From a virus (lineage: Duplodnaviria > Caudoviricetes): a stretch of 53,701 nt of DNA. The stretch is taken from positions 1-53,701 of IMG/VR virus record IMGVR_UViG_3300017971_000343; one strand, written 5' to 3'. Made by a program: the position numbers and the translations under genes. Within the stretch, counting starts at the first letter, position 1, and each line of letters begins with the position of its first letter. Shown here one piece after another: positions 52,511 through 53,701 of this stretch. The notes beneath the pieces were generated by a model. It ran no database searches, was not told where the DNA came from, and worked only from the letters and a program-made list of their open reading frames with translations.

Positions 52511-53701
52511 TAGCTGTCAGCCCCTTTCGTTTTCTCCTTTAATATGTTTTCTACAAAACCACATATGTCCTGATGTATCGGAACAATTGCCCTGTCCGAC
52601 ACTATCCTCCGTAAATTCTTGGATACATAATTCGTTGACCTGCTTTTAAAATTCCTGTTCCTGAAAACAGATATGCTTTTGGCAATTTTCGATTTTATAC
52701 CGATAAGAAGCAACGAATTAAGGTCTTTGTTTTTGATATTGTTCTCTTTTAGCACATTATTCATCTTGGAATACAACTGATCCCCCATCCTGTCAATCAC
52801 ATTCCTTGTCTTTTCTTTTTCATATATAACCGACTGCACCAAAGCTGGCATTAACCATTTCTCCGATTCGTCAAATACTTCCATCAATTCCTGTTTCAGT
52901 TTAGTGTTCAAATTCTGTTCATCGTCAACATCATCATTGTTCACTTCTTCAACATTATCGGGTTCTTCTTTTTCTTCCTTTGGAAAAAATTTCTTGGATT
53001 TATTATCAACATTATTGTTACCCTGCTCTAATCCGGTAATATTGTTGTTCAAATATGTAAGCTGGTCTGCCATGTCTTTGACAAGGACAGCACCAAAAGG
53101 CAAATTCGGGTGTAATATGTATGGTTCGTCCCCGCCGGGTATTGCATCCTCGTTCAACCTGTATCTGAGTTCGTTTATTGTCAATATCCCCATCGGAACA
53201 AGGTTAGCCAACTGTAAAATATGTGAAAGGTCATCTTCCTTCGGCTTGTCAAACTCGATAGAAATGTTCGGGCTGAAATGCGACCAGATTATCTCTATGT
53301 CTATGTAATCTTTTAATATTAAACTTATAGGGCGAAGCAGTTTGCTGTTGGATATGCTCTCCTGCACCATTGCCGTTGCCCTGGTGGTATCCTCGATGGA
53401 ACCCATTTCCAACGGAGTTATACCAAAGCACCTGAATATCATCCTGTGGATCTTGTCAATGAGTTCTGATAATTGCAGTTCTTTCGGGTCTTTAGTAAGT
53501 CGTGTCCATTCGACTTTCTCCGTATCATGTATAATTGTAAGTTCGTAATCTTTCTTGCCTCCCGAACCGCCTTCTTCAAAATATTCCCTTGCCCTCTCAT
53601 ATGCCTGCTCTCCTATCTTTCCGAGATTCAATATTCCCGGAGGTATCTGGTCGTATTCCGATATTTTAGCAATCAACTGTGTTGAAAGCATTGCAGCAGC
53701 A
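52510..53701 (-). CDS. Portal protein, C-terminal part (5' end outside the window)
   Basis: IPPGIL, IFRCFGITPLEMG, GILTINELR...PGGD, typical of HK97-type portals. Confidence 0.85.
   Translation of the reverse strand, partial: AAAMLSTQLIAKISEYDQIPPGILNLGKIGEQAYERAREYFEEGGSGGKKDYELTIIHDTEKVEWTRLTKDPKELQLSELIDKIHRMIFRCFGITPLEMGSIEDTTRATAMVQESISNSKLLRPISLILKDYIDIEIIWSHFSPNISIEFDKPKEDDLSHILQLANLVPMGILTINELRYRLNEDAIPGGDEPYILHPNLPFGAVLVKDMADQLTYLNNNITGLEQGNNNVDNKSKKFFPKEEKEEPDNVEEVNNDDVDDEQNLNTKLKQELMEVFDESEKWLMPALVQSVIYEKEKTRNVIDRMGDQLYSKMNNVLKENNIKNKDLNSLLLIGIKSKIAKSISVFRNRNFKSRSTNYVSKNLRRIVSDRAIVPIHQDICGFVENILKEKTKGADS

Noticed and set aside
1-53701. Genome-wide stop-codon reassignment (TGA or TAG)
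   Set aside because: Long genes are intact under the standard code, and many end in TGA or TAG with tight overlaps to the next start. The TGA at 15695-15697 must therefore be a local event.
1-53701. Integrase, repressor, tRNA genes, diversity-generating retroelement, introns or inteins
   Set aside because: No recognisable motifs were found by eye. Lifestyle (temperate or lytic) cannot be decided from this window.

Overview
This window is a 53.7-kb piece of a tailed, siphovirus-like bacteriophage or prophage. It is AT-rich, uses the standard genetic code, and essentially every real gene lies on the minus strand. In transcription order (high to low coordinates) it holds five blocks. (1) Head genes: partial portal, ClpP-like and XkdF-like proteases, scaffold, major capsid. 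(2) Neck and tail genes: adaptor and closure proteins, an inserted multi-GT2 glycosyltransferase, tail tube, a -1 frameshifting chaperone pair, tape measure, distal tail and a 1725-aa tail protein. (3) A ~13-kb glycan-building cluster with GT2/GT9/CgeB-type glycosyltransferases, three radical-SAM enzymes (one B12-dependent), three methyltransferases and a sulfotransferase-like protein. (4) Signal-peptide surface-type proteins and lysis genes. (5) A DNA-metabolism arm: phosphoesterase, SSB, decayed N4/N6 methylase, DUF3987 replication protein, AT-rich ori-like region, C5 methylase, Cas4-like nuclease, RuvC-like resolvase, YopX and a pentapeptide-repeat protein. Five observations stand out. A 56-codon gene missed by the ORF track has an in-frame C-P-L-UGA followed by a SECIS-like hairpin, a candidate phage CxxU selenoprotein. 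The giant glycosyltransferase/B12-radical-SAM fusion shares an N-terminal module with the gene next to the major capsid gene, suggesting a capsid-targeted glycosylation system. A nested alternate-frame ORF lies inside the C5 methylase. Two promoter-driven structured RNA candidates sit in the ori-like region. All family calls come from motif recognition by eye; no database searches were run.
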